Below, in pieces: positions 24,491 to 38,794 of a DNA stretch of 64,000 nt. The stretch spans positions 81,964,001-82,028,000 of the forward strand of contig OX597820.1 in NCBI GenBank assembly GCA_951406725.2, read 5' to 3'. The position numbers were made by a program, and so were the translations under genes. Positions within the stretch are counted from its first letter, which is position 1. Every line of letters begins with the position of its first letter. This DNA comes from Octopus vulgaris (taxonomy: Eukaryota). The notes beneath the pieces were generated by a model. The model was given only the letters and a program-made list of their open reading frames with translations, made no database searches and had not been told where the DNA came from.

Positions 24491-24787
24491 GTATATATAC
24501 ACACACACGTACATATAAATGAATATGAATATAATGTATACAAATATGTAAATAAATGTGTACATATACATACCTACATATATACATATATATATTTATA
24601 TATATACATGCATACATATGTGTATATAAATATGTATATATATATGTGTGTATATATATATATATGCACATATATATACACTCACATATGTATGTATATA
24701 TATGTATGTATGTATGTATATGTACACATATATTTACATATTTGTATACATTTTATTTATATTCATATATATGTACGTGTGTGTGTG

Positions 24788-24886
<99 letters not shown>

Positions 24887-24916
24887 ATACATATACAGAT
24901 ATATATATAATTTCAT

Positions 24917-24961
<45 letters not shown>

Positions 24962-25544
24962 TATATGCATGGCTGCATGCACACAGTCGTATAAACATAG
25001 CTGAAGAGAATCGAGAGAAAAAGAAAGGGAGAGGTAGAGAAAAGCATTGTCAGCTCCAGCTACATAAATAATGTGGCAGGGACGTCAACAAAAGTTGACA
25101 GCAGACTGGCAGAACTGACAGGTTTGGACTAGGGGCTCACAGTTAAGAAGGATGACGTCGGTATCAGTGACAGGAGGACAGAGGAGGGGAGTGGGGGAAT
25201 GGCGAAGGAAAAAGGGAAAGAGAAAGAGAGCGGGTGTGGGACGGGTGTAATAGTTTAAGGGTAAGTTTATGAAGATGTAGGTGTTTAGTAATGGATATAT
25301 ATATATATACATATACATATATGCGTGCGTGAGTGTGTGTGTGTAGGTGTGTGTGTAGGTGTGTGTGTAGGTGTGTGTGTGTATGTGTGCGTGTGTGTTT
25401 GTGTGGATATGTTGATATCAGGGGGAGGGGAGATAGAGATATAGGTACTTGCTTGGGTATATGCGAAAGGAATGTTATACACGTACACTCATATATGTGT
25501 GAATTGCATATGAATGTATGTATGTATGTATGTATGAATATTCT

Positions 25545-25726
25545 TTTATGAGTTTCAGTCGTTTCGATTGCGGCCATGCTGGAGCACTGCCTTTTTGGTC
25601 GAAGAACTCGACACCTGGACTTATTCTTTGTAAGCTTGGTACTTAATCTATCGGTCCCTTTTTGCCGAATAGGTAATTTATGGGAACGTAAACACACCAA
25701 CATCAGTTGTCAAGCGATGGTGGAGG

Positions 25727-25808
<82 letters not shown>

Positions 25809-25950
25809 GTATGACGTGCTTCTCTTAGTTTGCGTCTACGAAATCCACTCACAAGGTTTTGGTTGGCCTGAGGATATAGTAGGAAACACTAGCCCGGAAC
25901 ACTGGACCCGGAACCATGTGTGTGGGAAACAAGTTTCTTACCACACAGTC
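25545..25950 (-). mobile_element. SINE family A
   Basis: Similar to 23040-23439, with an internal (CA)n. Confidence 0.85.
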
Positions 25951-25953
25951 ACA

Positions 25954-26016
<63 letters not shown>

Positions 26017-26237
26017 CGATATGTGTTTTATATAAGTCCAAAACGTTGCTTTTTCAGAAAATGAAAAATAGTTTCAGCATTCTATAGTAAAACCGTTGTA
26101 CTTCCCTTGGCATCTGAAGCAGCTGGGGATAGCTTGACCAAAAAACCGGCTATTGCGAGCAAAATTAAATATTGAAAAAAAAAAACCGCATTTGGCCAAA
26201 TTTGGGCATACGACAGTTTAGCATAATAGCAATGATG

Positions 26238-26274
<37 letters not shown>

Positions 26275-26917
26275 GGGTGTGTTTGATTGTGTGTAAAACA
26301 ATATATTACTCAAAGAGATTCCAACTTAGTCTGATTTTCACATTTTAATTACAATCTTATAATAATGTAATATAAGAGAATATAATATAATGAAATGATA
26401 GAATATTAAATGCACATTCTGATTGAACTAGTACTTTCATTCATTACACTGTGCAATCTTCAGGTTCATGTAGAAGTGGTGATAGTTATGTTTTACAATT
26501 TACAACTGTAGTGACATGGCTAAAGTGTGTGCCTTAAATACGTTTGTATAGGCTCCGAATGTTAATTTTTGTAAACTGTATTCTGACCAATTAGTGTGTA
26601 GCTTTACTAAATTACTTAAGTTATTGATGTTTTGTTTAGGTGACACGGTTTGTTGGACATCTCAAGAGAACTGCATTTTGACCTTGGCCAAAGCAGTAAT
26701 TTCCCGGGGAATTTTACGATTTAATTATCATCTCCTTTGTTAATGCGGTCGTTGCTGTTATTGTTGTTGGTCGTGGTAGGTGTAGCTGTGGTAATAGAAC
26801 TTTAGACCTCAAAATAAGATTATTTTTACTGACTTTTCTCTTGACTTAGCTAGTATTTTCCTGCTATCGTCATCATAAGCGTCTTATACATATGTGTGTG
26901 TGTGTGAGTGTGTGTGA

Positions 26918-26971
<54 letters not shown>

Positions 26972-26973
<2 letters not shown>

Positions 26974-27203
26974 CGGTGAGCTGGCAGAAACGTTAGCACG
27001 CCGGGCGAATTGCTTAGCGGTATTTCGTCTGTCGTTACGTTCTGAGTTCAAATTCCGCCGAGGTCGACTTTGCCTTTCATCCTTTCGGGGTCGATAAATA
27101 AAGTACCAGTTTCGCACTGGGGGGCGATGTAATCGACTTAACCCCCTTTGTCTGTCCTTGTTTGTCCCCTCTATGTTTAGCCCCTTGTGGGCAGTAAAGA
27201 AAT
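26972..27203 (+). mobile_element. tRNA-derived SINE family B
   Basis: ggcggtgagctggcagaaacgttagc (A box) ... gagttcaaattcc (B box) ... gtcgactttgcctttcatcc; other copies at 32583, 47432 and 59917. Confidence 0.85.
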
Positions 27204-27236
27204 ATATATATATATATACATGTGTGTGCGTGTATA

Positions 27237-27549
27237 TTGTTGCTGTTGTTTGTTCCTTCTCGATCCATGCATGGCTCACAAGGGCCGGTTTCCCGATTTC
27301 ATTGGCGTATAGGTTTCCCACCTGCACAGGACGTAGGTCCGTCGCAGGTGAGCTGCTAGATGAAGGAGGATAGAGTGAAAGAAGGTTGTGGTAAAAGACT
27401 CAGCAGAAGTTTACCATTATCTTCTGCCGGAGCTGCGTGGAGCTTAGGTGTTTCGCTCAAAAACACACACATCGCCCGGTCTGATATTCAAACACGCAAT
27501 CCTTCCACTGCGAGTCTTCTGCTCTAAATACTAGGTCATGTGCCTCCAC
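27237..27549 (-). mobile_element. tRNA-derived SINE (body type C, tail type 3)
   Basis: Minus strand gtggaggcacatgacctag...gagcgaaacacctaagctccacg..., ending in an (AAC)-rich tail. Confidence 0.7.
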
Positions 27550-27699
27550 TTATATATATATAAGTATTTGTGTGTGTGTGTGTATGTGTGTGTGTGTGTG
27601 TGTGTGTGTAATGTGCATATAACTGTGGAATTTATAATGAAATTTGGGCAATAGATGATGAGGGACGTGCATATACACGTCCATTGTGTGCGTGTGTTT

Positions 27700-27890
27700 T
27701 CCTGTTTCCCTGTCTGTGTTTGTCCCACCAACATCGCTTGACAACCGATGCTGGTGTGTTTACGTCCCCGTAACCAAGTGGTTCGGCAAAAGAGTACTGG
27801 GCTTAGAAAGAATAAGTGCTGGGGTCGATTTGTTCGACTAAAGGTGGTGCTTCAGCATGGCCACAGTTAAATGACTGAAACCAGTAAAAG
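27700..27890 (+). mobile_element. SINE family A, 3' half
   Basis: catcgcttgacaaccgatgctggtgtg...gtcgatttgttcgactaaagg...actgaaacc. Confidence 0.85.
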
Positions 27891-28653
27891 GATATATATA
27901 TATATATATATACATACATATGTGTGTGTGTTTGTGTCTATATGTATGTGTATGCATATATTAATTTTTGTATTCATATAAGTATATCTGTATATGCATG
28001 GGTTGTGTATACACACGGTATTACACACACACACACACACACACATACATACATATAGACGCCCCCCACACAAGCACACATAAAATGTAAAAAGTGGGGA
28101 TAGCTTGGTTAGTGCGTAGGTAGATTGATATATATATATAATCTACCTGTTTGGCGTTCTACATATTCAATAGACTAACGCTTTACAGTTTTACAAATTT
28201 TACATTGTAAGATAAAGACTTTGGTGAATTAATTTGTCTTTGAAATTGCAAGACAACACAATCCATTAGTAGCTTTGAAATTCAGAAGAGAACAAGGGAA
28301 ACAACTCCAATAATTAGAAAGGGATATAACTCTAATGATTATAGAACTTCAATACATATTGATCTCTAATATGATTGCTAAGGAGGTCTAATAAAGCTGA
28401 AACATATCCCTTACTTTCACCGGTTGAATTTAAAGACCGAAGCCACACCCGATCAAATTATCCTTTTTCTAAAAGTTTCAGTCAGTTGATATTACTGGAA
28501 TTATCTCTTATAGTTTTATCTTCCAGTTCTTTATAAAGAATTTACACACTCGTACAGAAAATTTTCGTTTTCTCCGAAGATTTTAACTCACTTTATCACA
28601 TACGGAAGAGTTTGCATATGATGTGTATACATATCAATGAATGCATGAATGTG

Positions 28654-28780
<127 letters not shown>

Positions 28781-28887
28781 GTATATATATGTATATATAT
28801 GGATGGATGGATGGATAGCTAGATAAATAGATAGATAGATAGATATACAGACAGATAGACAGATGTAGATGCATACAGAGGGACATA

Positions 28888-28930
<43 letters not shown>

Positions 28931-29603
28931 AAAAATACAAAATGGAACAAGAACGCAAAACAACCAGACAGGCGATGCAAAAAAGGGATAACAAAAATTC
29001 CATATAGATGATACAAAGAAAACAAGGACGGGTTATTCGGAGTTTTATTTCCTCGGTCGAGTTCCAGATTATCTTTGCAATTTCGGCTGGTTATACTCGA
29101 GATTGCTGCAATCTGGCCAGCCCCAAGGAAAAACTAAGCTAAGAGCATTAGATTCCCTGGAAGAAAGCAGCAACTGTATACGTAAACAAGGACGGAATAG
29201 AATGGAGAATATTACACAAATACAAATAACAGGACATAAAAAGAGGTGTCTTTCGACTAAGGACGAATTAAATTAAGATGGCGTGTATAGAAGTAAAGCT
29301 TAACGGCAGGGATACAAGATTTTACAGGTTCGGGGAGGAATATAGATGTTGCATGGATGTCGACCGAACCAAGAAAGGTCAGCCTTGGCCGAATACCGGT
29401 CACGTGGGGGAGAGAAGAGAGAGAGATAGAGGCAGAGGGACAAAAGAAAGAGGGGCGAGAAAAGAAGACAGGAACACAGTGAAGCGAAAAGAAGGAAAGT
29501 GAGCATGAAGAGAAGGCAAGGAAATGTGAGAGATGGGGATTAAAAGAACGAAAAGTTGAATGAACGAAGTAAGTATATACATACATATATATATGTTTGT
29601 GTG

Positions 29604-29640
<37 letters not shown>

Positions 29641-30873
29641 CAGGTAGGGAAGTAAAACTTTAATTAACAGTTACACTAATATTTCACAGCATCCGTTACA
29701 CCAAATGATATGAAACCTAATGCAGAACAAAGAATACATTGTCAGCTAATGATGAAATCTTTTTTTTTTTACAGGAATATTGGAGAATATGACTGCGCCA
29801 AGGAGTATGTGATATGGTCCGTACACAAGTCGATCCGAGGAGGATCTTAAGCATAGTCGGAGTATCCTTACGTACAGTTTATAAAGTCAAGAAGAGAATG
29901 GACATGGGCAACGGCATTCAGAGGACGTCTGGCAACGATGGGGCCAACAAGAAACGAAATCAAGACTTCATCAACACCCTCAAGTCCAAAATTTCAACAG
30001 ACCCAACCACATCCGTGAGGAAACTGGCTCCTGAACTTGAAGTGAACCCGAAGACTATCAGAAAAGCTGTGAATGATGACTTGGGCCTCACCAGGACACT
30101 GAGACACATGTTGACAGAACCTATGAAGGCCAAGAGACCAGAGAGGTGCAAAACGGTTCTCACATACCTCAAGAAGAACGGATCCACTGTGAAAATTTTC
30201 TCTGACGAGATCTTCACAGTGGCTGTCATTGTCAACCACAAAAACGACCTGTGCAGTGCATAGTCAACAGTTGACGTCGGGGGTAGCTTGAGAACTAAAC
30301 ATCCAGCTCAGGTCATGGATTTCGCTGTTGTGGCTTCCAACAGAAGAAAGATGTCCATCTAATTCTACAAGCCCGGTGAAAAGGTGGATGGTGACGCCTA
30401 CTACAAGAAGTTGAGGTACCCTGTCTTGCATGGTTCAAGGCCAACTACCCGGAGGGCAACTATGTGTGGGATCCACGATGGGATGGTACTCTCAGCCACA
30501 CTGCCAACTTTGCTGGTTTCTGGCCTGCGGACCTCTGGCCCTCTTCCAGCCCGAATCTCAAGCTTCTGGGCTATGCTATGTGGGAGCATTTTGGAGCACG
30601 CCACCAACAAAACCTCCCATCCCAACGTCAACTCTCTGAAAGCCTCCATCAATGAGGAGTGAGCCAGGATGTCCAGTGACTTCGTGATGAAGAGTTGTGT
30701 GGGTTTCCGGGGCCATGTAGAGGCCGTAATTGTAAAGAATAGAAGCCACATAGAATAAATTATTCATTTTGTAATTATATGTAATTGTTACTAACCTATT
30801 TTTGAATTACTAAACATTGCGCAATGGGAATTTCAAATGTTACAGCAATTTGGCAAGTTTTGATTCCCCACTA
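29641..30873 (+). mobile_element. Tc1/mariner-superfamily (maT/DD37D-like) transposon, decayed
   Basis: HTH VSLRTVYKVK, SVRKLA, KIFSDE and WPSSSPNLKLLGY (WPxxSPDLNPLDY-like); degenerate TIRs; TA flanks. Confidence 0.8.
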
Positions 30874-30878
30874 TATAA

Positions 30879-31150
30879 ATCGACCCCAGGACTTATTCTT
30901 TGTAAGCCTAGTACTTATTTTATCGGTCTCTTTTGCCAAACCGTTAGATTACGGGGGCGTAAATATACAAACAACATATACGACGTAAACACACACACCT
31001 GTACAACGGGCTTCTATCAGTTTCCGTCTATCAAGTCCACTCACAAGGCTTTAGTCGGCCCGAGGCTATAGTAGAGGACACTTGCCTAAGGTGCCACGGA
31101 AGGGACTGAACCCGGAACTATGTGGTCGGGATTCAACCTTCTTACCATAT
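30879..31150 (-). mobile_element. SINE family A, partial
   Basis: Matches the family A body. Confidence 0.8.
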
Positions 31151-32582
31151 AGGTCTCGTTGTTCATTTTCAATAAAATGAAATGAAATGTCTTGCTCAAC
31201 AACATCCTCTTGATCCAAGAACATCATATTGCACACACAAACACACACACACACACAAACACACGTACTCACAACACGCATACTCACACATACGCACACA
31301 AACACTGACACGCACACATGTGTGTGTGCATATGTGCGTGAGTGTGTGCGTACATACACATACGCACCCTACATACGAACATACATGTACTCAAACGAAC
31401 AATGTTTATGAATGTCTTATGTATGGATATATCACGTGTGTGTGTATGTGCGTGTGTGTGTGTGTGCGTGTGTGTGTGAACATGCGTATATCTAAATATA
31501 ATGTACATATGTGTGTATGTGTGTATACTTAAATATACAGGCACGCACACACATATACATATATAAAGGTCTATGCATACGCACATACACACACACACAT
31601 ATGTATGTATATATACATATAATAGACACACACACATATACATATATCTCCGAACTCATATAGTATGTGTGTATCGAGAGTGTTTATTACACACATAAAT
31701 ATATGAATCTATGTATGTATGTATGTATGTATGTATGTATGTATGTATGTATGTATGTAGGTAGGTAGGTAGGTATGTTAAGCACCCTACGTGTAAGCGC
31801 CATATGCTTTCTTCACGCTGACCTTTGCTCCAATACTCCATATGGTGCATACATTTCTAGATCTTATATATGGAATGGATGGCAATACATTTTCGTATCA
31901 TTTATTTTATTTCTGTATGATTTTGTATTTTGCTTCCATATTGTTTAGATTTTGTTTTTTTTTCATTTTTTATATATATTTCTATCATTTTTTTTTAATG
32001 TATCATTTCATTCCATCTGTTTTTATAATAAACTTGTATTTATGTGTTTTCATGTTTTAGAGGTTCACTTCCATTTCTTGTCAAGGCTAATTGATTCTAC
32101 ACATGGTCTTCACTTTCTGCTTTTCACCTCACTAAGCTCTTCCATCATTTTATGTCAATTCATCTCCACCGTCATTTTTGGATGCATCTGCATCAACATC
32201 ATACGTACATCTACTACATTTTCTTTCTCCTTGAACCATCGTTATGTCCCATTCGCAAACATATTCACACACACACACACACACACACAAACATGCATAG
32301 ACTACTACTATCGGCATCACCACCATCATTATCAACATTTGCACACATACACACACGTGCGCACTCTGACAACATTGTCACTACTACTGACTGTCACCTT
32401 CTTAATCATGATACACCAATAACAACAATATAGTAGATGTAGCAACATCAGCAGCAGCAACAGCAGCAACAGCACCAGCACAAGCAACAGCAGCAGCAGC
32501 GGCAGCAGCACCGGTAGCAATGTTGTTAGAAGAGTAATAGCATGAGAATAATTGATTTATAATTAACATCTATTAATAATAA

Positions 32583-32777
32583 GGCGGCGACCAGGCAGAA
32601 TCGTTAGCATGGCGGGCCAAATTCCTTTACGTTCTGAGTTCAAATTCCGCCGAGGTTTACTTTGCCCTTCATCCTTTCAGGCTCGCTAAAATATGTATCA
32701 GTTGAGCACTGGAGTCGATGTAAGCAACTTACCCTGTCCCCGAAATTGCTGGTCTTTTGCCAAAACTTGAAACCAGT
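32583..32777 (+). mobile_element. SINE family B
   Basis: ggcggcgaccaggcagaatcgttagc...gagttcaaattccgccgagg. Confidence 0.8.
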
Positions 32778-32867
32778 TTAATATCTAATAATATTTAACA
32801 ACAGGTGTATGGGTGTATGCGTGTAAGTGTTTTTGTGTATATATATAACATACACATATGTATTACA

Positions 32868-33775
32868 TCAGGTTGAGTAAAAAGTAGGCAACGTTTTGAA
32901 CCATGTGTACCGTATAGAACATACATCGTAAGACTGCATCGGATAGAAGTGGCTACGAGAGCTGAAGTGGAAAGGGCTCTGCGACCCATTTGGAAAGAGG
33001 TGGTCAGCTCGAAAATGTTTTAAACGATTTCATAGTGGAGGCCTAAAGGTCGTGAGCGTAGTGGACACCCATCTGTTATTGATGACAGTCAATTAAAGAC
33101 CGTCATTGAAAAAGATCCACGTAAAACCACCCGAGAACTAGCAAAAGAACTTCAAGTTAGCCAGAAAACTGCCTGCCTCTATTTGCATGTGATCAGAGAA
33201 TTAAAACAGCTCAACAAATAGGTATCACATGATTTGAATGAAAATCAGAAAATGCGAAGATATGAAATTTGCTCGTTGCCTCTCCGTAACCAGATCGATC
33301 CATTTTTCGATCGTACTGTAAGTTGTGATTAAAAGTGGATTCTGTATAATAAAAAAAAACGTTCTTCGCTGTGGTTAGACCAAAATTAAGCACAGAAAAC
33401 CTTCCCTAAACAATGCTCGACCACACGTTTCACTAATGACACTCCAGAAGTTGAGGGAACTTGGATACGAAGTTCTTCCCCACCCAGTTTATTCCCCAGA
33501 CCTTTCTCTTACCGACTACCATTTTTTCAAGCACCTTGATGGTTTCCTGCGAGAGGAGTTCAAAAATCAAACTGATTCTGAAAGTGCATTCAAAGAGTTC
33601 ATCAGCTCCAGAACTCCAGATTTTTATGTTACCAGAATAAACAAACTTGTAACTCGTTGGCAAAAATGCGTTGATTATAATGGCACTTATTTTGGTGAAT
33701 AAAATTTCCGCATTGTTGAAATATATTGTGATGAATTTTATGTTTCAAAACGCTGCTTACTTTTACTCAGCCTGT
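32868..33775 (+). mobile_element. Internally deleted mariner
   Basis: TIRs caggttgagtaaaaagtaggcaacgttttgaa / ttcaaaacgctgcttacttttactcagcctg; peptide LPHPVYSPDLSLTDYHFFKHL...RWQKC. Confidence 0.9.
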
Positions 33776-33849
33776 TGAGCATATAACATATAACATATAT
33801 ATATAGAGTAATAGAATGAAGAGAAACGAGTAAATGGTGAGTACAAAAG

Positions 33850-34133
33850 TACCTTCGTAATCACCATTAGACTCACACAACTCTTTCCGAATCTTCTGCA
33901 CTGTCCTCAAATTGACATCCAAACACTCTGAAATATTTGTACTGAGATTCCGGCGCGAATGCCAAGCAGTACAGCATGTCGTTTCCAAATTTCTGGCAGA
34001 GCGAATTGCGTCATGGTGCTGTTTTGTTTCACAGACAGTGCCCAACTGACCCTACTACACTGTGTAGTCAACAAAATCAGAAACAAACAATACACATGCG
34101 CGAAATGGCGACAATTTACCCATCCCACGATGT
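33850..34133 (-). mobile_element. Tc1/maT-like 5' fragment
   Basis: Minus strand starts after TA; frameshifted N-terminal HTH WKRHAVLLGIRAG / ISECLDVNLRTVQKIRKEL. Confidence 0.6.
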
Positions 34134-34329
34134 ATGTATATATATAAATATGAGAGAGAGATTAGTATAAACACAAATGTATATTATAGTTCCTACGTGT
34201 GTTTCACTATTATGACTGTTTGGAACATGTGTTCCAGTTGTGTTTAGATGTTCAACGACAATGGCTTATTTGGGAGCAGTTAACAGTTTATTGCATTAAG
34301 TTACAGATAACTATATATATATTCTTCTA

Positions 34330-34695
34330 TTATTTTACATGTTTCGGTAATTTGACTGCAGCCATGCTGGAGCACCGCCTTTAGTCGAACAAGTCGACGC
34401 CAAGACTTATTCTTTGTAAGCCTAGTACATATTTTATCGGTTCTTTTGCTGAACCTCTAAGTTGCAGGGACGTAAATACACTAGCATCGGTTGTCAAGCG
34501 ATGGTGAGGGGACAAACGCAGACCCACAAACATACACACACACATACATGTATATATATATGTGAAAGGCTTCTTTCAGTTTCAGTCTACCAAATCCACT
34601 TACAATGCTTTGGTCGGCCCGAAGCTATAGTAGAAGACACTTGCCCAAGGTGCCACGCTGTGAGACTGAACCCAGAACCATGTGGTTAGTAAACC
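34330..34695 (-). mobile_element. SINE family A
   Basis: Matches the family A body and tail. Confidence 0.85.
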
Positions 34696-34699
34696 TCTA

Positions 34700-36420
34700 T
34701 TTGTTGTTATTATATTTGTTCCTTTTGATGCTTGTATGGACTTTTTTCACTTGATCATTAACGGGTTTCTAGATGTAATATTTTTTATATTTTTGTCTAT
34801 TCATCATACTTTCGTTGTTATCCAAATCATTCCTAGCTGGAGATTTAGCATTTTACATGTTATATTCTTTAATTAACTTGTTATGTCAATTGAAATTAAC
34901 ATGTAATGACGGTAAGATTTCTCATATTCCTTATTTTTGAAAAATACTAATCTTTCTTTGGCCTTCGGCGGGGATGATTCAGCTTTAATCAGTGAATCCA
35001 TTTCCTTATGGTGCCTTATAATGTTCAGCACTATCGTAAAATATTTGTTCATTAGCTGACAATTTAGATATTATAAGCAAAATATTTTTCTCTGTTTTAT
35101 CTATAACAAATCTGGGATGATTAATTAGTTTGTGAATGTAGTGAAAGGTTTCGTTTGGTTTATGGTATGGAAACTAATAAATCACTACTTTGACCAAGAG
35201 TAACAATTAAAAAAATTTACTCTTTTTAGTATCATCACTAAAGTAGAAAAATTAGAATTTCCCAGTATTCCATTTAGTCATTTACGAAGCCTTTCTAAAG
35301 CAGAAGGTATCCATTATTTTTAGTTAATAGAGCATCATCCCTGTATAGCCCTCTATCGAGTTATTGGAAATTATCTTTTTGTTGATGTACTATAGAAACA
35401 GTTTGACTTAGTCCGTAACTTGAGCTGAGTTCAATTAACCCATTCGTAAGCAAATCAAAGTAATCTTTTATTTCGTTACGGAGACATTCGTTGAAATTTG
35501 ATGCGTTTTTTCTCGTCGTTTTAACGATATTGACATCAACTTGGTTTAGATGACATGCATAAGATCTGGTCATCAAATCTAAGTAGAGACTTCAAACTTG
35601 AAATATTCAAAGCCACAGTCGAACCAATTCTACTATATGGCTCAGAAACCTGGACGTTATCAAAGAAGCTTGAGAGGCGGTTGGATGGAACCTACACTCG
35701 CCTCCTTATGAGAGCTCAAAATCTCTCGTGGAAGCGCCATCCAACCAAAATGCAAATATATGGGAAACTACCACCTGTGTCATCTCTTGTGAAATGTAGG
35801 AGAGTCCAGTTTGCTGGACATTGTTGTAGAGCTGAAAAAGAAGTAATTTCTACTCTTCTCCTCTGGAAGCCATCTACTCGCAATACCAGAGGGCGCACAC
35901 TCTCCTACCCTGATGTAATCTCCAGGGATACAGGCATCCAGCAACAGGACCTCCGTAATGCCATGATGGACCGTGAAGTCTGGCGTAGCATGGTAAATTC
36001 CATTGTCTCGACCACGGTCGAACAATGATGATGATGATTGGTTTAGATTAGTGATTTTCGATGCGAATATACGAGATTTGTGTAGGAGAAATTGATCATT
36101 AGTACCAATGTTAAATCGAATGAAAGAAATAGTCTTTCTATTTTCAAACTTTTTATACCATAGAAGGACATTATCTATATTATCCAAAAGAGTATGTTGT
36201 ACTTTTTCTATAATTACAGGGATAACTTTATCTTTAATTCTACCCAAATGGAATTGGTAAGAAAATGCGAGTCTTATCGTTGGGTTAGCATTACCATTTT
36301 CTATGTTGTGTTTCAAGTTAAACTTTGGCTTTTTTTTTTCGTCTAAAAGGTTTAGTTCAGTCAGCCAGTTTGAATTTATTTGCTATTGTGGTTCGCTGGT
36401 CGTGTATATAGCAATTTACA
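34700..36420 (-). mobile_element. Old Penelope-like RT remnant, interrupted by an RTE insertion
   Basis: NPTIRL...LGRI...NVLLWYKKFENRKTISFIRFNI and YFDL resemble the RT of the 2862-5290 element. Confidence 0.65.
35552..36037 (+). mobile_element. RTE-clade LINE 3' fragment with 11-bp TSD
   Basis: Uninterrupted frame KIWSS..ILLYGSETWTL..FAGHC..DREVWR; the stop codon runs into a (TGA)n tail; TSD ttggtttagat at 35541-35551 and 36038-36048. Confidence 0.92.
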
Positions 36421-36659
36421 TACAAACTTCTCGCGGTATAGAAAGAATAGGGATATATCCCTGGTAGGAGATTAACTATTACCGAAAGTTTATTGCCTAT
36501 ACTTTTTCATAAGAGCACAAGAGAATATTTTCATATCGTAAGCATTCATAACAGCAAAATCATCTAAATAGATAACTGTTGATAATAATCCATATTACCC
36601 GAATTTGAATTTTACGCGGATATCTTAAGATTTTCCTAAATTTGTATACATTACACTCT

Positions 36660-37000
36660 GAAGACTTTTGCGGATTCCATGGACAGCGAGGCTCACCAAT
36701 GGAGAAGTTCTTAAACAGATAAGGCCGAAAATGTCGCTAGAAGCTGGGATCACCAAGCGTAGATTGGCATATTTTGGTCATATTAGGCGGAGAGAATCCC
36801 TAGAGAAGGACATCATGCTCGGAATGGTCAGTGGCAAGAGAGGAAGAGGCCGACCAAGAACCCGCTGGCTTGACACCATCAGGAGTGATACCGGAATGGA
36901 CATGGCCAGTCTGAAGGAAGCGGCCCAGGATAGAACTGACTGGAGGACACTGATCCAACGAGTGACCGAGAGTCGACTTCGACTGAGCGGATAGAGAGAT
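36660..37000 (+). mobile_element. RTE (BovB-like) LINE 3' fragment
   Basis: LLRIPWTAR..YFGHIRRRESLEKDIMLG..GRGRPRTRWLD; possible TSD atttgta at 36640 and 37001. Confidence 0.88.
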
Positions 37001-37106
37001 ATTTGTAATGCTGTTGATTATTTAAAAAATACCTTTTATAACAATACTTTTATTTCTGAAAGGTTTGTCATTGTGTATTCATCTAGAATCTTTACGAAAT
37101 AACATT

Positions 37107-37260
37107 AGGCATGGCTGTGTGGTAATAAGTTTGCTTCTCAACCCCATGGTTTTGGTTCAGTCCAACTGAGTGGCACTTTAGACAAGTATCTTCTAATACA
37201 ATCTAGAACAAACCGAATCCTTGTGAGTGGATTTGGCAGACGGTAACTGAAAGAAGCTCC
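37107..37260 (+). mobile_element. SINE family A, 5' part
   Basis: ggcatggctgtgtggtaa...gttcagtcc...ttgtgagtggatttgg. Confidence 0.75.
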
Positions 37261-37269
37261 TGCATTAAA

Positions 37270-37605
37270 TATTTGTTGGTGTATTCTTGAGTCCTCGCGG
37301 ATGATCCGTCGTGTAGAGTCCCTAGTCCCGATCAGTCCCCATTTCCGCGAGATACTTCCTCATCTGCTGTGACCATGTGACCATATGACATGTGGTCGAT
37401 CAACACGTGCTGTCAATCCAGCAGGATTCACAGTGAAGAGGAAAACCGAGCAACATGACCAAACAGTCTGAGCCGGCGCTCCCGAATCATACAAGTGACA
37501 TGACGCACACCAGTTTCTGAGTCGAGTCGTTGGATATGAAATCCGACTAATGATAACCCATAATCCCGCGAAATGTCCAGATACGAAAAGAGTTCCTTTG
37601 CTACA
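37270..37605 (-). mobile_element. RTE LINE 3' fragment, decayed
   Basis: Minus strand IMGYH*SDFISN and ETGVRHVTCMIRERRLRLFGHVARF. Confidence 0.7.
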
Positions 37606-37802
37606 TGTATCGAAAGGAGTAAAAAAAATGTTGGTTTTATCTACATACGCATGCTAACGATCATATAGAAAGAAAGAAATTCCATAATATCATATATGTA
37701 ATATAACTTGGCAGCTACATATATTTTATTGCTGTACACACATACACACACACGCATATACACACACACATACACATACACACACAGACGCACACACACA
37801 CA

Positions 37803-37864
<62 letters not shown>

Positions 37865-38494
37865 CTCTTACGTGTACACACATATATTACGAAAGCAAGA
37901 TGTACAATAATTTCTTCTGCTTCGCGGAGCGAGGAGATAGCTTTGTTATGCATTAATACCTACATCGAACTTTAAAGTTAGCGTAGCGTATTCTCTGTCT
38001 CCCTAACATAAAAATAGTAACTATTTCTTGAATTATACTCTAAATTCAATACAGTAAATTTTCGTGATGAAGTGGAGATCATTTAGTCTTTTGTTTTTGG
38101 TTATATATATATTTACGATTGCAATCTGAGAAAGAACTGCCTATCTCGCCTTCATAGACAAGACGTCCCTCATCTATAAGTATCTAAATATTAATGACTG
38201 AGAAGAATGTTATTTTTATTCTCACATCTTGTACACTTACGCGTAGCGAGTATTTATTTAGGCAGTTTCAGTTTGTGCATGTGTGCATATATTTCCCTGT
38301 CAGGCTTAATGTTATTATTAATAAGTTTGTTTATTTCAATATGTGAGAATGCGTCAGTGTTTACGAATATATGTCTGAGTGTCAGTGTATTTACGCATTT
38401 CTATTTCTTTATTCATACAAAATAAGCGTATGTATACAAATATGAATTGACCTAGAGGCGAAATAACTGCACTCACATCAACAGAAACAAGTAT

Positions 38495-38552
<58 letters not shown>

Positions 38553-38794
38553 ACACACACACGCACACACACACACACGCACGCACGCACGCACACACAC
38601 ACATCAGGACAGAGAGAGGGGAGAAAGAAGAGAGATGGAGAGAGAATTCAATATATAAAAGGAAACAGGTATTTGTAGGTTTACATGTAAACATTAGTTT
38701 TTGATAGTAAGCTAAAAGTTGGTTATGCACACAGAAGTGCGCGCGCTCACACACCCTCACACACACACACACAGATGCACACACTGAGACTGGT

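Noticed and set aside
29070-29135. Minus-strand stem ggctgg/ccagcc, GAAA and palindrome TTGCAA within a probable repeat
   Set aside because: The core position reads ccttgg and there is no NUH triplet; insufficient to call an HHR.
32440-32520. (CAG/CAA)n tract suggesting polyQ
   Set aside because: Flanked by stops and a SINE; a simple trinucleotide repeat.
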